Shown: positions 49,501 through 58,862 of the stretch, in pieces
How positions within the stretch are numbered: position 1 is the first letter of the stretch
Layout of the letters: every line of letters starts with the position of its first letter
From: Blastocatellia bacterium
GTDB taxonomy: Bacteria > Acidobacteriota > Blastocatellia > UBA7656
Direction of reading: 5' to 3'
DNA: 64,000 nt
Assembly: GCA_963765495.1 (NCBI GenBank)
Contig: CAVXWP010000010.1
Location: forward strand, 96,001-160,000
Notes under the pieces: generated by a model
Seen by the model: the letters and a program-made list of their open reading frames with translations, nothing else
Told to the model about the DNA's origin: nothing
Database searches by the model: none
Program-made: the position numbers and the translations under genes

Positions 49501-50938
49501 CGAATTTCTGACCAATCTGTGGATGATCGTTCTACCCGATTACTCGCGCACCAGCAGAGCAGGCGAGTTGTACGAACGGGAAATCTTCTCCCGGATAGAC
49601 GATGGAGAAGGCAACAAGCCGCGATGGCTAAACCAGTTGAGTATAGCCCCGCTCGGCGAGACCGAAAATTTCTCTCCCAAATCGCATAACTGGAAACGCG
49701 CTGCGAAGGTGCCGATCCTGATTCTCAATGCCACAACGCTCAACACAGGGCATAACTGGCAGTTTACAACTACGTGGATGGGCGAACCGCCCGCCTATAT
49801 CGACAGCGAAATAGATGGGAACGACTATCTGCGGCGTATGTATTACTGGGAGGCCCCAAAACGCCACAGGCAAATCCGCCTCGGCCAGGCGGTTGCCGCC
49901 TCGGCCTGCGTGCCGGGCATCTTCGAACCGCTTGTGCTCAAAGACCTCTACCCGGACAGGGTCGTGCGGCTGGTTGACGGCGGCGTGTGCGACAATCAGG
50001 GAGCATTCGGATTGCTTGAGCAGGATTGCACGGTCATGATGATCAGCGATGCGAGCGGGCAGATGTCATCACAGGAAGACCCGGCAAGCGGGGTCATAGG
50101 TCCGCTAAAAAGGTCGAACACGATCTTGCAGTCACGAGTGCGCGAGGCGCAGCACGGCGAACTGCTTGCCCGATGGCGGTCATCGCTGCTTCGCGGGTTT
50201 ATGTTCGTGCATCTGAAGGAAGACCTGAGCGTTGATCCCGTCGATTGGGTCGATTGTCGCGACCCTCATAATGCCCTTGAGGATGACGCATTTCCGGCTG
50301 CTCGAAAAGGGATATTGACCAGGTACGGGATTGCAAAGGAACTGCAAGAGAGCCTTGCCAAAGTCAGGACCGATCTCGACTCGTTCTCAGATGTTGAGTC
50401 TTACTCTTTGATGACGAGCGCATATCGCATGACAGATTACGCGTTCAAGCAATCAGAGAGTCTCAAGAATTTCCCTGGTCAAGCAGGCAATGAAATGTGG
50501 GATTTTCTAAAGATCGAACGGTCGATGGTTGGCATCGGAGCGGGTTACAGTAGAGTGAAAAAACTCCTCGGGTTGAGCAGCAGTCTGGCTTTCAAGGTCT
50601 GGAAAGGCTCTCCTATCGTGACGGCTGTCGCTATAGTTTTCCTGCTTTCGATGATCGCTTTTGCCCTGTGGGGCTATATGAACATAAGCCTTGTCCGGTC
50701 AATCATCAATTGGAGTGGTGTAGTGCTGGCAATCACGGCCCTGCTCACGACCATCTTTACCATAGTCAGCAAAGTAATAGTGGGCGGAATGCGCTGGCGG
50801 GCAATCCTATCGCCAATTGTTTTGGGCACTCTGATGATTTCGATAGGGTGGATTCTTATGCGTCTTCATCTGTTGATCTTCGACAAAATATTTCTGAGGC
50901 GCGGGAGCATGCAGAAGATCGAGCGCCAGACCGATTGA
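46544..50938 (+). CDS. Multidomain ParA/MinD-like ATPase + nSTAND-type helical module + TPR-S-like repeats + patatin-like phospholipase + C-terminal TMs
   Basis: FYSYKGGTGRS, DWDLEAPGL, YDYILIDSRTG; 'WI..DREFLLW.QRL...A.EW....RDESLLL.G'; 'ETLGLVGAIYKRKW..GYTGINAA'; LALSGGGFRA, SCVSGG, AASACVPG, DGG; about three hydrophobic helices at the C-terminus. Confidence 0.82.
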   Translation: MDANEFSDTAQEENRNGKIITFYSYKGGTGRSMILANVAWVMASSGKRVLTIDWDLEAPGLHRYFYPFLLDKDLNSSEGVINFFHIYKMRALTPPASGAATGENWHQEYADIRQYAVSLDWKFPQGGRLDFVPAGKQDETYSNLVNSFNWEDFYTRLGGNKYLEAVAAQMSKNYDYILIDSRTGVSDTSGICTVKLPDALVVCFTLNYQSINGASSVADYVYKARGPAALEQTQTPTETRSNRVENGKPLFNIFPLPMRLEDAQKRKMERRRDYARLKRFAPYPIYIHEGTREDYWARVPVQYDSYYAYEEVLAAFGEKERDITSLLASVERITAYLTNGEVTSLSVLPQPKREEILKEFEGDTYEPPATEPTTSKAAENAFASLGPEDQDMARKVILRLVRVAGPNESEHVRQVVNLNEFDRSEKPLIRTLGNFQLLNSYTDKNAGEEVVQIAQDVSLQDWKELQTWIDHDREFLLWLQRLRSQATEWKQRQRDESLLLGGAPLQVARDRLADRSKDLSSLEKEYINASIAFDERLMIEREKERQEQQRKLEAEQIAAANEKRKRYEQEQQSGWLKNLLERFNFSTPPAPEEPGESLNIVTARQVLRGTRLGPGEMLALAKRLKEEKAFSYARRVLASARARGGLDQDKDLKLKIYQQSALCTYKDTDLPADKRLDLALKILREVEDISTTRDQETLGLVGAIYKRKWEVDNQKQQLESSLMYYQRGYQEGPEKDQGYTGINAAFILDLLAYQEEEESRRANKDSDTARSRRAEARRIRESIVQRVAPLAGQSGTEWLAEMWWYYSTVAEAFFGLRRYGEAVQWLNRGRNAIGNIPEWEYEATIRQLVHLARLQSDTDYSSKEFENTEAWRALREFFGDDVAPLRSAFLGKIGLALSGGGFRASLFHIGVLARLADLDLLRHVEVLSCVSGGAIIGAHYYLEVRKLLQSKPDREITREDYIEMIARIKDSFLRGVQRNIRTRIAAEFLTNLWMIVLPDYSRTSRAGELYEREIFSRIDDGEGNKPRWLNQLSIAPLGETENFSPKSHNWKRAAKVPILILNATTLNTGHNWQFTTTWMGEPPAYIDSEIDGNDYLRRMYYWEAPKRHRQIRLGQAVAASACVPGIFEPLVLKDLYPDRVVRLVDGGVCDNQGAFGLLEQDCTVMMISDASGQMSSQEDPASGVIGPLKRSNTILQSRVREAQHGELLARWRSSLLRGFMFVHLKEDLSVDPVDWVDCRDPHNALEDDAFPAARKGILTRYGIAKELQESLAKVRTDLDSFSDVESYSLMTSAYRMTDYAFKQSESLKNFPGQAGNEMWDFLKIERSMVGIGAGYSRVKKLLGLSSSLAFKVWKGSPIVTAVAIVFLLSMIAFALWGYMNISLVRSIINWSGVVLAITALLTTIFTIVSKVIVGGMRWRAILSPIVLGTLMISIGWILMRLHLLIFDKIFLRRGSMQKIERQTD

Positions 50939-50943
50939 ACCAT

Positions 50944-51240
50944 TTATTGATAAGGGTGGAACCATCCTCGTGTGAAGTAATCGCTCAGGGTCAGGGTGAT
51001 CATAATCGCCAGCCAGAAGATACCTGCCGCGACTATTACTTTCGTAAGCCGCGAACTGTATCGCACGTGCATGAAATAGAGAACCACAAGCAGCGCCTTG
51101 ACGACCGCGATAGTCAGGGCAAGGACGACATTCATACGTCCGAGATCCATAAATGCCACGGCTACGGTCAGCCCCGTAAAAAACATCAACGAGATGAATA
51201 CTGCAAAATAAACTTTAAGGGAAACAATATGCTCTGACAT
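50944..51240 (-). CDS. coxD: Cytochrome c oxidase subunit IV (copy 2)
   Basis: KALLVVLYFMH, SDYFTR. Confidence 0.88.
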   Translation of the reverse strand: MSEHIVSLKVYFAVFISLMFFTGLTVAVAFMDLGRMNVVLALTIAVVKALLVVLYFMHVRYSSRLTKVIVAAGIFWLAIMITLTLSDYFTRGWFHPYQ

Positions 51241-51251
51241 GATTCTTTCCT

Positions 51252-51989
51252 TCAATGCAAGGTATGCCGACCCAACAGGTACAGGAGTGGAAACAGAAAA
51301 ATCCACACGATGTCAACAAAGTGCCAGTAAAGCCCCGAAAGCTCAACGGGCGAGTGATATTCGGGAGTGAAGCGCCCTTTACTTGCCATGTAAAGCAGCA
51401 CAGACATCACGCCCAGACCGATGATCATATGCAGCGCGTGGAGCCCCGTCATCGCAAAGTAAATCCAGAAGAACATCTGCACCTTGTTTGTATCGAGCGG
51501 TGCCGTTTTCGCTCCTTCGGCGGCGGCGGCACCTTCGTGCCCGCCTTTCGTCTCTTCTTCAAAGTGGAAGCTCTGGCCGGGGAAATGGTGATGATCAAAC
51601 TTTTCCTTGTATTCGACCGCCTTTATTCCCAGAAAGACGAGGCCGAAAAACATGGTCGCGACCAGAAATCCCATCAGCATCCGGCGATTGCCCGTTTGAG
51701 AGCCATAGACCGCCAGCGCCATAGTCAGGCTGCTACAGATGAGCACCCCCGTGTTGATCGCGCCAAGCGTCACATCGAGCGAGTTACTTGCCACCGAGAA
51801 CTCTTTGGCATAGAGCGAGCGATAGAGCGTATAGGCCAGAAACATACCGCCAAAGAACATTATTTCGGTGATAAGGAATACCCACATTCCAAGGGTTCCG
51901 GCCTCGCGCTGCTGCTCCATATTATCGAAATGGTGGGCCAGCCCCGCGCTATGCGCCTCTTCATGAGTTACTGTGTGAGTGTCAGCCAA
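51252..51989 (-). CDS. coxC: Cytochrome c oxidase subunit III (copy 2)
   Basis: [24 protein letters not shown]. Confidence 0.93.
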   Translation of the reverse strand: MADTHTVTHEEAHSAGLAHHFDNMEQQREAGTLGMWVFLITEIMFFGGMFLAYTLYRSLYAKEFSVASNSLDVTLGAINTGVLICSSLTMALAVYGSQTGNRRMLMGFLVATMFFGLVFLGIKAVEYKEKFDHHHFPGQSFHFEEETKGGHEGAAAAEGAKTAPLDTNKVQMFFWIYFAMTGLHALHMIIGLGVMSVLLYMASKGRFTPEYHSPVELSGLYWHFVDIVWIFLFPLLYLLGRHTLH

Positions 51990-52010
51990 AGCAGCTCTCC
52001 TCTCATCAGA

Positions 52011-53651
52011 CTAAAACTCTCCAACGATCTCTGCCTGTTCGCGCGGACGGAATTCATATGCGTTCCACGTCACGACAGGCGTAACTTCAAAGTTATGCGT
52101 GGGCGGCGGCGAAGAGGTTCGCCACTCAAGCCCGGTTGACGGCCAGGGGTTGGCGCTCGCGATGGGGCCGTATCTCATCGACCATACGAAATAGACCATT
52201 GGCAACAGATAGCCCACCGCCAGTATCGAAGCCCCGGCCGATGACATCACGTTCAGGACTTGAAATTCGGGCGGATAGGCGTGATAGCGGCGCGGCATCC
52301 CCATATAGCCCAGCAGGAACTGCGGGAAGAAGGTCAGATTGAAACCGAGGAATATGATCAGGGCTCCGAGCTTGGCCCATCCTTCGGGGTACATCCGCCC
52401 GCTTATCTTCGGCCACCAGTAATGCATTCCGCCGAGATAGCCCATTATCGCGCCGCCCACCATAATGTAATGGAAATGCGCGACCACGAAATATGTGTCC
52501 GTCACGTGGACATCCATCCCGAGGGCCGCCAGAAACAATCCCGTCAGCCCGCCTATCGTAAACAGACCGATAAAGCCAAATGCATAAAGCATCGGAGTCT
52601 GGTAGGAAAGCGAGCTTCGATAGAGCGTGGCCGTCCAGTTAAAGACCTTGACCGCAGACGGGATAGCCACCGCAAAGCTCAGGAAAGAGAATATCATCCC
52701 GGCGTAAATTGACTGGCTGCTGACAAACATGTGATGTCCCCAGACCAGAAATCCGAATACCGCGATGGCTATGCTCGAAAAGGCTATGAACCTGTAGCCG
52801 AAGATATTCTTCCGGCTGAAGGTGGCTACAAGCTCGCTGACCACACCCATAGAAGGCAGGATCATGATGTATACGGCCGGGTGGGAATAGAACCAGAACA
52901 TGTGCTGAAAAAGGACCGGGTCTCCGCCCAAGGCCGGGTCGAATATGCCTACGTGGACAAGACGCTCAAATGCCAGAAGCAGTATGGTGATCGCAATCAC
53001 GGGGGTTCCGAGCACCTGAATCAAACTCGTCGCGTAATGCGCCCAGACGAAAAGCGGCAACCTCATCCAGCCAAGTCCAGGCGCTCGCATGGTGTGGATC
53101 GTGACTATGAAATTCAATCCCGTAAGTATCGACGAAAACCCCGTTATGAAGATGCCCACGGCGGTCGCCATAACATAGGTATTTGTGTAGTTGGTACTGA
53201 GCGGCGCATAGAAGGTCCAGCCCGTGTCAACGCCTCCGCTGATGATCGCGTAGAGAGATATGGTCGCGCCGACGATGTACACGTACCAGCTCAACAGATT
53301 CAACCTGGGAAAGGCTACGTCTTTGGCTCCGATCATCAGAGGGATCAGAAAATTTCCGAGCACGGCCGGTATCGAGGGGATCAGAAAGAAGAAGATCATC
53401 ACAACGCCGTGCATGGTAAAGAGCTTGTTGTAAGTCTCTGAGGAAACCAGATCGCCCTGCGGAGTGGCAAGCTCTAATCTTATGACGGTGGCGAATGCGC
53501 CGCCGAGAAAGAAGAAGAGGGTAATTGATATGAGGTAGAGCAGCCCGATACGCTTGTGGTCGGTCGTCAACAACCACGATTTCACGCCGTAGGCGGCATT
53601 CAGATAATGCGTTCGAGGTGCTACTGGAATTGCGGGCGCTGTCTCAATCAT
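52011..53651 (-). CDS. coxA: Cytochrome c oxidase subunit I, A2 type (copy 2)
   Basis: TTDHKRI, YSHPAVY, WGHHM, AHFHY, GMPRRY. Confidence 0.96.
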   Translation of the reverse strand: MIETAPAIPVAPRTHYLNAAYGVKSWLLTTDHKRIGLLYLISITLFFFLGGAFATVIRLELATPQGDLVSSETYNKLFTMHGVVMIFFFLIPSIPAVLGNFLIPLMIGAKDVAFPRLNLLSWYVYIVGATISLYAIISGGVDTGWTFYAPLSTNYTNTYVMATAVGIFITGFSSILTGLNFIVTIHTMRAPGLGWMRLPLFVWAHYATSLIQVLGTPVIAITILLLAFERLVHVGIFDPALGGDPVLFQHMFWFYSHPAVYIMILPSMGVVSELVATFSRKNIFGYRFIAFSSIAIAVFGFLVWGHHMFVSSQSIYAGMIFSFLSFAVAIPSAVKVFNWTATLYRSSLSYQTPMLYAFGFIGLFTIGGLTGLFLAALGMDVHVTDTYFVVAHFHYIMVGGAIMGYLGGMHYWWPKISGRMYPEGWAKLGALIIFLGFNLTFFPQFLLGYMGMPRRYHAYPPEFQVLNVMSSAGASILAVGYLLPMVYFVWSMRYGPIASANPWPSTGLEWRTSSPPPTHNFEVTPVVTWNAYEFRPREQAEIVGEF

Positions 53652-53663
53652 GGTTATTATTCC

Positions 53664-54704
53664 TTATTGCTGAGTGTTTCGATTCGCCCCCGAAGGCGTG
53701 ACAACCGGATTCGATCCCGGCGGATTCTGCGGATTTGTCATAGAGGGAGCCGCCTCTGTCCCGGCAGGCTTCTCGCCCAGAGATTTGATATAGGCGATCA
53801 ACTGTAACAACTGATCTTCGCTCACCTGTCCCTGGAAGGTAGGCATAATCGAAGGCTGCGCGAAACCGGCCACGATCTTCGCCTGCGAGTTTAGTATCGA
53901 TTCACGCAGGTAATTTTCGTCGGCGATAACGGTCTGTCCATTCGAGAGCGCCGTGGGCTTTCCGAAAAGATTTGTCAGCACAGGCCCGCGCCCCAGCCCG
54001 TCCGCCCGATGGCAGGTAACACAGGCCAGGTCCTGAAACAGCTTCTCACCCGAAGATGCGAGCGACCCGCCGACCGTCCCGCCCGAAAGCCAGGTCTCGT
54101 AATCGGCGGGCTCCATCACATAAATCCAGCCGATCATAGCCGAGTGGTTGGTTCCACAGTACTCCGCGCAGAACAGATGATACTTGCCCGCTTTCGTAGG
54201 CTCGAACCACAGCGAAGTGTACCGGCCTGGCACGACATCGGCCTTGACTCGAAACGCGGGGACGAAGAACGAATGAATAACGTCTTCGGTCGTCATAACG
54301 AGTTTGATCTTCTGACCTACGGGCACGTGAAGCTCGTTTATCTCCATCTGCCCGCCCATGTGCTGTAGTTTCCACATCCACTGCTTGCCGATCACATAAA
54401 CTTCGGTCGCATTTGTGGGCATGCGGTACATGCTGTAATAGATTTTCGCGCCCCAGCCAAATATGACCATAGAGATGATAAAAGGGATGACGATCCACAC
54501 GGCCTCAAGCCTCATCGCGCCGCGAACCGGGCGCGGGATCTCGTCGGGCGACTTGCGGCGATACTTGATTGCGAAGACGATTTCAAGTCCGGCGATCACT
54601 ACTACAAAAAAGATGGTTATCCCGACCAGGAAGAAATAGAGATCGTCTACTTGCCCCGCAAGCGTGGAAGCCTTTTCTGGCAAAAACGGTATCCAGTTTT
54701 CCAT
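53664..54704 (-). CDS. coxB: Cytochrome c oxidase subunit II with fused cytochrome c (copy 2)
   Basis: CuA motif [12 protein letters not shown]; heme CVTCH. Confidence 0.94.
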   Translation of the reverse strand: MENWIPFLPEKASTLAGQVDDLYFFLVGITIFFVVVIAGLEIVFAIKYRRKSPDEIPRPVRGAMRLEAVWIVIPFIISMVIFGWGAKIYYSMYRMPTNATEVYVIGKQWMWKLQHMGGQMEINELHVPVGQKIKLVMTTEDVIHSFFVPAFRVKADVVPGRYTSLWFEPTKAGKYHLFCAEYCGTNHSAMIGWIYVMEPADYETWLSGGTVGGSLASSGEKLFQDLACVTCHRADGLGRGPVLTNLFGKPTALSNGQTVIADENYLRESILNSQAKIVAGFAQPSIMPTFQGQVSEDQLLQLIAYIKSLGEKPAGTEAAPSMTNPQNPPGSNPVVTPSGANRNTQQ

Positions 54705-54707
54705 AAC

Positions 54708-55583
54708 CTAAGCGGTCCCTCCTATATCGGCCTGCTCGCCGCCGGTAACGCGCCGCTTGAGCAGCAAGATCATACCCGCAATTATGATGAGAGTGATTAC
54801 GCCGCCCACTCGAAGCATATTCATTACCACCGCTCCGTATTTGCCCGTCGCCGGGTCGTAGTGATAGCAGTAAAGCAACAACGCGTCTACGGGCGAGCCT
54901 ATGCGGCTTTCCGAAGCTTCGACCAGACCGAGCCGCACATCCTTTGGCGCGTAATCAATCCCGTAAAAGTAGCGCGCAAGCTTTCCTTCGGGCGTGGCGA
55001 TCATGATGCCGCTCGCGTGGGCAAACTGATTTATCTGCGGATCGAATTCATAGTGAAAGCCTATCGCTTTTGTGAAGGCGTCAATCGCCGCCTGATCTCC
55101 GGTTAGAAAATGCCAGCCCTGTCCGCCGCCGTCGTGTTTGTAGCGCGCAAGAATCTCTTGCTTCTTGGCCGCCGCGTCTTCGGGCAATTCTCGCGGATCG
55201 AAGCTGACCGCCAGAACATCGAAATCCTTGCCCGCGTCGAACGAGAGTATGTTGAGGCTGCTTGAAAGCCCGTTCAACACCTGATTACAAAGCATAGGGC
55301 ATTTGTAATAGACCGGCGCAAGTATAACGGGCTTTTCGCCGAAATACTTTCTGAGAGTCACGTTCTCGCCGTTCTCATCGCGAAAGACGAGGTCGAGCGG
55401 CAATTGCCCGTCGAGGTTCTGATCAATGCCTACGCTCCGCAATTTCTGAGGCAACCCCTGTTGCAATTGAACATCCGTGGGCGGGCGCTGGCCGTAGGCC
55501 GTCACCGCCGACAAAAGAGTGAAAGCTATAAATCCAATTATGAGTCTTGATGACTTCTGCCTGACTGATTTTTTACTGCTCAC
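54708..55583 (-). CDS. SCO family copper chaperone (copy 2)
   Basis: CPMLC, GWHFLTG, QFAH. Confidence 0.9.
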   Translation of the reverse strand: MSSKKSVRQKSSRLIIGFIAFTLLSAVTAYGQRPPTDVQLQQGLPQKLRSVGIDQNLDGQLPLDLVFRDENGENVTLRKYFGEKPVILAPVYYKCPMLCNQVLNGLSSSLNILSFDAGKDFDVLAVSFDPRELPEDAAAKKQEILARYKHDGGGQGWHFLTGDQAAIDAFTKAIGFHYEFDPQINQFAHASGIMIATPEGKLARYFYGIDYAPKDVRLGLVEASESRIGSPVDALLLYCYHYDPATGKYGAVVMNMLRVGGVITLIIIAGMILLLKRRVTGGEQADIGGTA

Positions 55584-55642
55584 TGCTGATTCCCTTCTTT
55601 CAAGCCCATTCCAAATCTGTGCAGGTGAAACAGGCCAGGACG

Positions 55643-55670
55643 GACGCGGATCGGGCGGATTTACGCGGAT
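55643..55670 (-). repeat. 28-bp dispersed REP-like repeat, copy 2
   Basis: Exact reverse complement of 995-1022. Confidence 0.85.
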
Positions 55671-55714
55671 CTGATCATAGAAGCCTCCGTTCTCGTTAAT
55701 CCGCCGTGTTGATT

Positions 55715-56245
55715 CTATTGCTGATGCCCCGCGCCAGCCTCCTTTGTCATTTGCGGTTTCTCCGCCTGATTGTTTTCCGGTTCGGTTTTGGCCGCCTGCT
55801 GTCTGAATGGCAGTCCCTTCTCCAATAATTTTTCTTTGGCCGTCTCTATGGGCATTCTAACGACGCCCGCGCTTTGATCAACCCAGCCCCAGTTTTCAAG
55901 CTGGGCATCTTCGTCGCGCTTGAACTGCTGATACTCAAGCGCCGGATTTTTCAACGCAGCCTTGCTGCCGGGAGCACCCTGCAAAATAGGCCCCGGCGGG
56001 CCTTTCGGCTGATCGGATGTAACGAGCGTGGCGGGTGGCTCCTGACTCTCTTTCTCGGCTACCTGGTGCTCGAGGAATCTGTAGAGCCCCCACATCAACG
56101 CGCAAACAAGAGCCGTGGCGACGGCGAGCGTAACGGCGAAGGTCACCACCCCTCGAAGATTTACGTCGCTCTTTTCGTGCATGACCTCCGGGTTCTCTAT
56201 GTGAGAAGTGTCCGGCGTCGAGTTTTCTTTATGCGTCTCGTTCAT
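55715..56245 (-). CDS. actG: ACIII subunit G-like protein (copy 2)
   Basis: HEKSDVN, TM, WGWVD..GVVRMPIE. Confidence 0.75.
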   Translation of the reverse strand: MNETHKENSTPDTSHIENPEVMHEKSDVNLRGVVTFAVTLAVATALVCALMWGLYRFLEHQVAEKESQEPPATLVTSDQPKGPPGPILQGAPGSKAALKNPALEYQQFKRDEDAQLENWGWVDQSAGVVRMPIETAKEKLLEKGLPFRQQAAKTEPENNQAEKPQMTKEAGAGHQQ

Positions 56246-56268
56246 AATCGAAAGCTTCCTCGATCATT

Positions 56269-57453
56269 TCATTCCGTGGCGGCAGTCTCCCAGTTCGGAT
56301 CGTGCAACGGGAGTATGGGCATGCTCTTGAGTTGTCTGAGGTAAAACCAGAGCCAGATGCCGCCCATTCCAGCAAGGACCAGCACATCCATCAGGAATCC
56401 GAGGCCCGGAACCAGTTGATCCGTGTGATGAAATTCGGGCGCGATCATCCAGACCACGTCTATAAATCGCATCACGATCACAAGCGCCGCCACCCAGATC
56501 AGCGAGCGGGCGTGGCGTTTCAAATCTCTCGACAGCAACATCAAAAACGGCAGGGCGAAATGCAGGAGCACAAGCATCAATCCCACCCATTTCCAGCCGC
56601 CTTCCAACCGCTTCACATACCACGGGATCTCTTCCGGCAGATTGCCCGCCCAGATTATCAGAAACTGCGAGAACGCGAAGTAGGCCCACAGCATCACAAA
56701 TGCAAGCATCAGTTTGCCGAGGTCGTGCAGAGCCCCGGGCTTCAAGTGACTTCGAATAGGCTCATAATCTGAAAGCAACACCAGGACGGCGATGACAAAA
56801 GAGAGAGCGCTCAGTCCCTGCCCGCCCATTGTCAATATGCCAAAGATGGTCGAGAACCACTCCGGGTCGAGCGACATCACCCAGTCTATCGAGGCGAAGG
56901 TGACGGTCAATCCGTAAAGTACAAGACCCGGCCCGCTCAGTATCTGAAGCCGCCTCTGTATGCGGGGGTCGCCCGTTTCGTCCTGCAAACGCGACCATTT
57001 GTTAAAGATGTAGGTCAGCGTGAGCCAGACGGCGAAGTAAAAGACCGTGCGCCCTATAAAGAACGGGATGTTCAAATACGGGTGCTTGTATTGCAGGATG
57101 GCATTTACTGCGACCGCATCGGGCCGCGCCCATTCATAGAGAAAACGCGCGCCCACGATCACGGGCAGAAAGAGCACGGCAAGCAGCGGAAGCGTTCGCG
57201 TGGCAGATTCCAGAAGACGGCGTATGACGACTCCCCAGTTGCCGCCCGACATCTGATGCAGCATCGCTATGGCGAGGCTGCCTACCGAGATGCCGGTCAG
57301 AAAGAAGAACGACACCAGATATGAAAAGAAGAAGCGCCCCGGATTGAAGACGGCCAGGACTACACTTATGACCAGAGAGATTATGCCTATCATAAGAGCG
57401 CGCTGCTGAATGCGATCTACTTCGGGAGGAGCCGTGTAAGAGACATCCATCAT
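56269..57453 (-). CDS. actF: ACIII membrane subunit F (copy 2)
   Basis: DWVMSLDPEWFST, DLGKLMLAFVMLWAY. Confidence 0.9.
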   Translation of the reverse strand: MMDVSYTAPPEVDRIQQRALMIGIISLVISVVLAVFNPGRFFFSYLVSFFFLTGISVGSLAIAMLHQMSGGNWGVVIRRLLESATRTLPLLAVLFLPVIVGARFLYEWARPDAVAVNAILQYKHPYLNIPFFIGRTVFYFAVWLTLTYIFNKWSRLQDETGDPRIQRRLQILSGPGLVLYGLTVTFASIDWVMSLDPEWFSTIFGILTMGGQGLSALSFVIAVLVLLSDYEPIRSHLKPGALHDLGKLMLAFVMLWAYFAFSQFLIIWAGNLPEEIPWYVKRLEGGWKWVGLMLVLLHFALPFLMLLSRDLKRHARSLIWVAALVIVMRFIDVVWMIAPEFHHTDQLVPGLGFLMDVLVLAGMGGIWLWFYLRQLKSMPILPLHDPNWETAATE

Positions 57454-58232
57454 TTTTGTTGTCCTCCTTCGCCGAGGTTATTGCGCTCATCGGGCGGCAC
57501 ATCCGCGACCGTGGCGTTCTGACTGAGTTGCAGCGCGCGAATATAGGCGATGATCCGCCATCGGTCTTCGGGCGTTATCTGGGCCGAATAATCGGGCATC
57601 GCTCCAAATCCGTTTGTTATCACATCGAAGAAGTATGAGACCTTAGCCTCGCGCAGTCTCTGGATGTGATAAGAAGGCGGGCGGCGAAATCCGCGTTGAA
57701 CTATCATGCCGTTTCCGGTTCCCAGCCGGTCGTGGCAGACCGAGCAAAATACATTGAATTGCTGCTCACCACGGTCGAGGTCTTCTTTCTTTATCTGAAA
57801 AGGAAAGATGTCACTCTGCCCTTGTTGAGCCTGAGATTGTTGAGCCTGACATTGTTGAGTCTGCCCTCCACCCGCTTGCGCCTGCCCGGCAGACCCGGCG
57901 GGGGGCACAGGTTGCGGTGGCGTGGGCAGTTGCAACAGACCGGAACTCTGCGCCCTCTGGCCCGCCGCCTTGCCCGTATAAAGCAGCGAATCCTCTTTCA
58001 AGAGGCCGCGCGGCACGGTCCCGGCAACAAGCGGACGGGCCGATCTGCCGTCTTCGAAGAATGTGCTCGTCGCAAGCGGTCTGTATTTAGGCTGGTCGTG
58101 CATGTCCTGGCGGCAACCCGCGCTCAAAAAAGCGAGGGGCATAAGCAGACAGCCAAAGATCAGAAGCGATAAAGAGCGCCTCGCGGATTTGATCTTTGAA
58201 GCTACGGCCTTCACTCGATCAGAATTCGACAT
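57450..58232 (-). CDS. actE: ACIII monoheme cytochrome c lipoprotein (copy 2)
   Basis: SAGC-RQDMHDQP; CSVCH; ITNGFGAMP; Q-rich insertion. Confidence 0.9.
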   Translation of the reverse strand: MSNSDRVKAVASKIKSARRSLSLLIFGCLLMPLAFLSAGCRQDMHDQPKYRPLATSTFFEDGRSARPLVAGTVPRGLLKEDSLLYTGKAAGQRAQSSGLLQLPTPPQPVPPAGSAGQAQAGGGQTQQCQAQQSQAQQGQSDIFPFQIKKEDLDRGEQQFNVFCSVCHDRLGTGNGMIVQRGFRRPPSYHIQRLREAKVSYFFDVITNGFGAMPDYSAQITPEDRWRIIAYIRALQLSQNATVADVPPDERNNLGEGGQQK

Positions 58233-58755
58233 CGCTCACCTTCCCTCCCAGGCCCTCAAGGAACCTGCCCGTCTCTTTCACATCGAATTTCGGGTCTTTG
58301 GATTCGATACACAGAAAGAAGCGGTCGCGGCTGGCCAGCCTGAAATTCTTAGAGTTAAAGACCGGGTGATAAGGCTGCGGCAGCCCGTTGAGCGCCAGCA
58401 TCCCAAAGACGGCCGAGAGCGCGGCTATGAGTATGGTCATCTCGAAAGTGATCGGGATAAAAGAGGGCCAGCTATGAAAAGGGCGACCGCCGACGTTGAG
58501 CGGATACTCGATTACCGCAACCCAGTATTGCAGGAAGTAACCGCTCAAACCTCCGACTATACCGCCTATCAGCACGATGAGCGGAAGCCGCGTATGATGA
58601 AAACCTATCGCCTCGCTCAGCTCCTCAATCGGAAACGGCGTAAAGGCATCCATATTGCGATACCCGGCTTCATAGGCCTTGTGCGCCGCCGCGACTATCG
58701 TTCCCGGACTCTCAAATTCGGCTATCAGGCCGTAAACCGAAGGCCGTTGTTTCAT
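58219..58755 (-). CDS. actD: ACIII subunit D (copy 2)
   Basis: YGLIAEF, SWPSFIPITFE; start at ATG 58755 after GAGG. Confidence 0.92.
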   Translation of the reverse strand: MKQRPSVYGLIAEFESPGTIVAAAHKAYEAGYRNMDAFTPFPIEELSEAIGFHHTRLPLIVLIGGIVGGLSGYFLQYWVAVIEYPLNVGGRPFHSWPSFIPITFEMTILIAALSAVFGMLALNGLPQPYHPVFNSKNFRLASRDRFFLCIESKDPKFDVKETGRFLEGLGGKVSDVEF

Positions 58756-58765
58756 AACTCTACCT

Positions 58766-58860
58766 CGATGCGTGATGCGTGATCCGTGATCCGTGAGATT
58801 TGCAATTGACCGGCAAAAGCCATTCGCCTGAAAGTCACGCATCACTCTTCACGCATCACT
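58766..58860. repeat. Heptamer inverted-arm element in the actC2-actD2 spacer
   Basis: GATGCGTGATGCGTGATCCGTGATCCGTGA and TCACGCATCAC..TCACGCATCAC. Confidence 0.78.
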
Positions 58861-58862
58861 TT

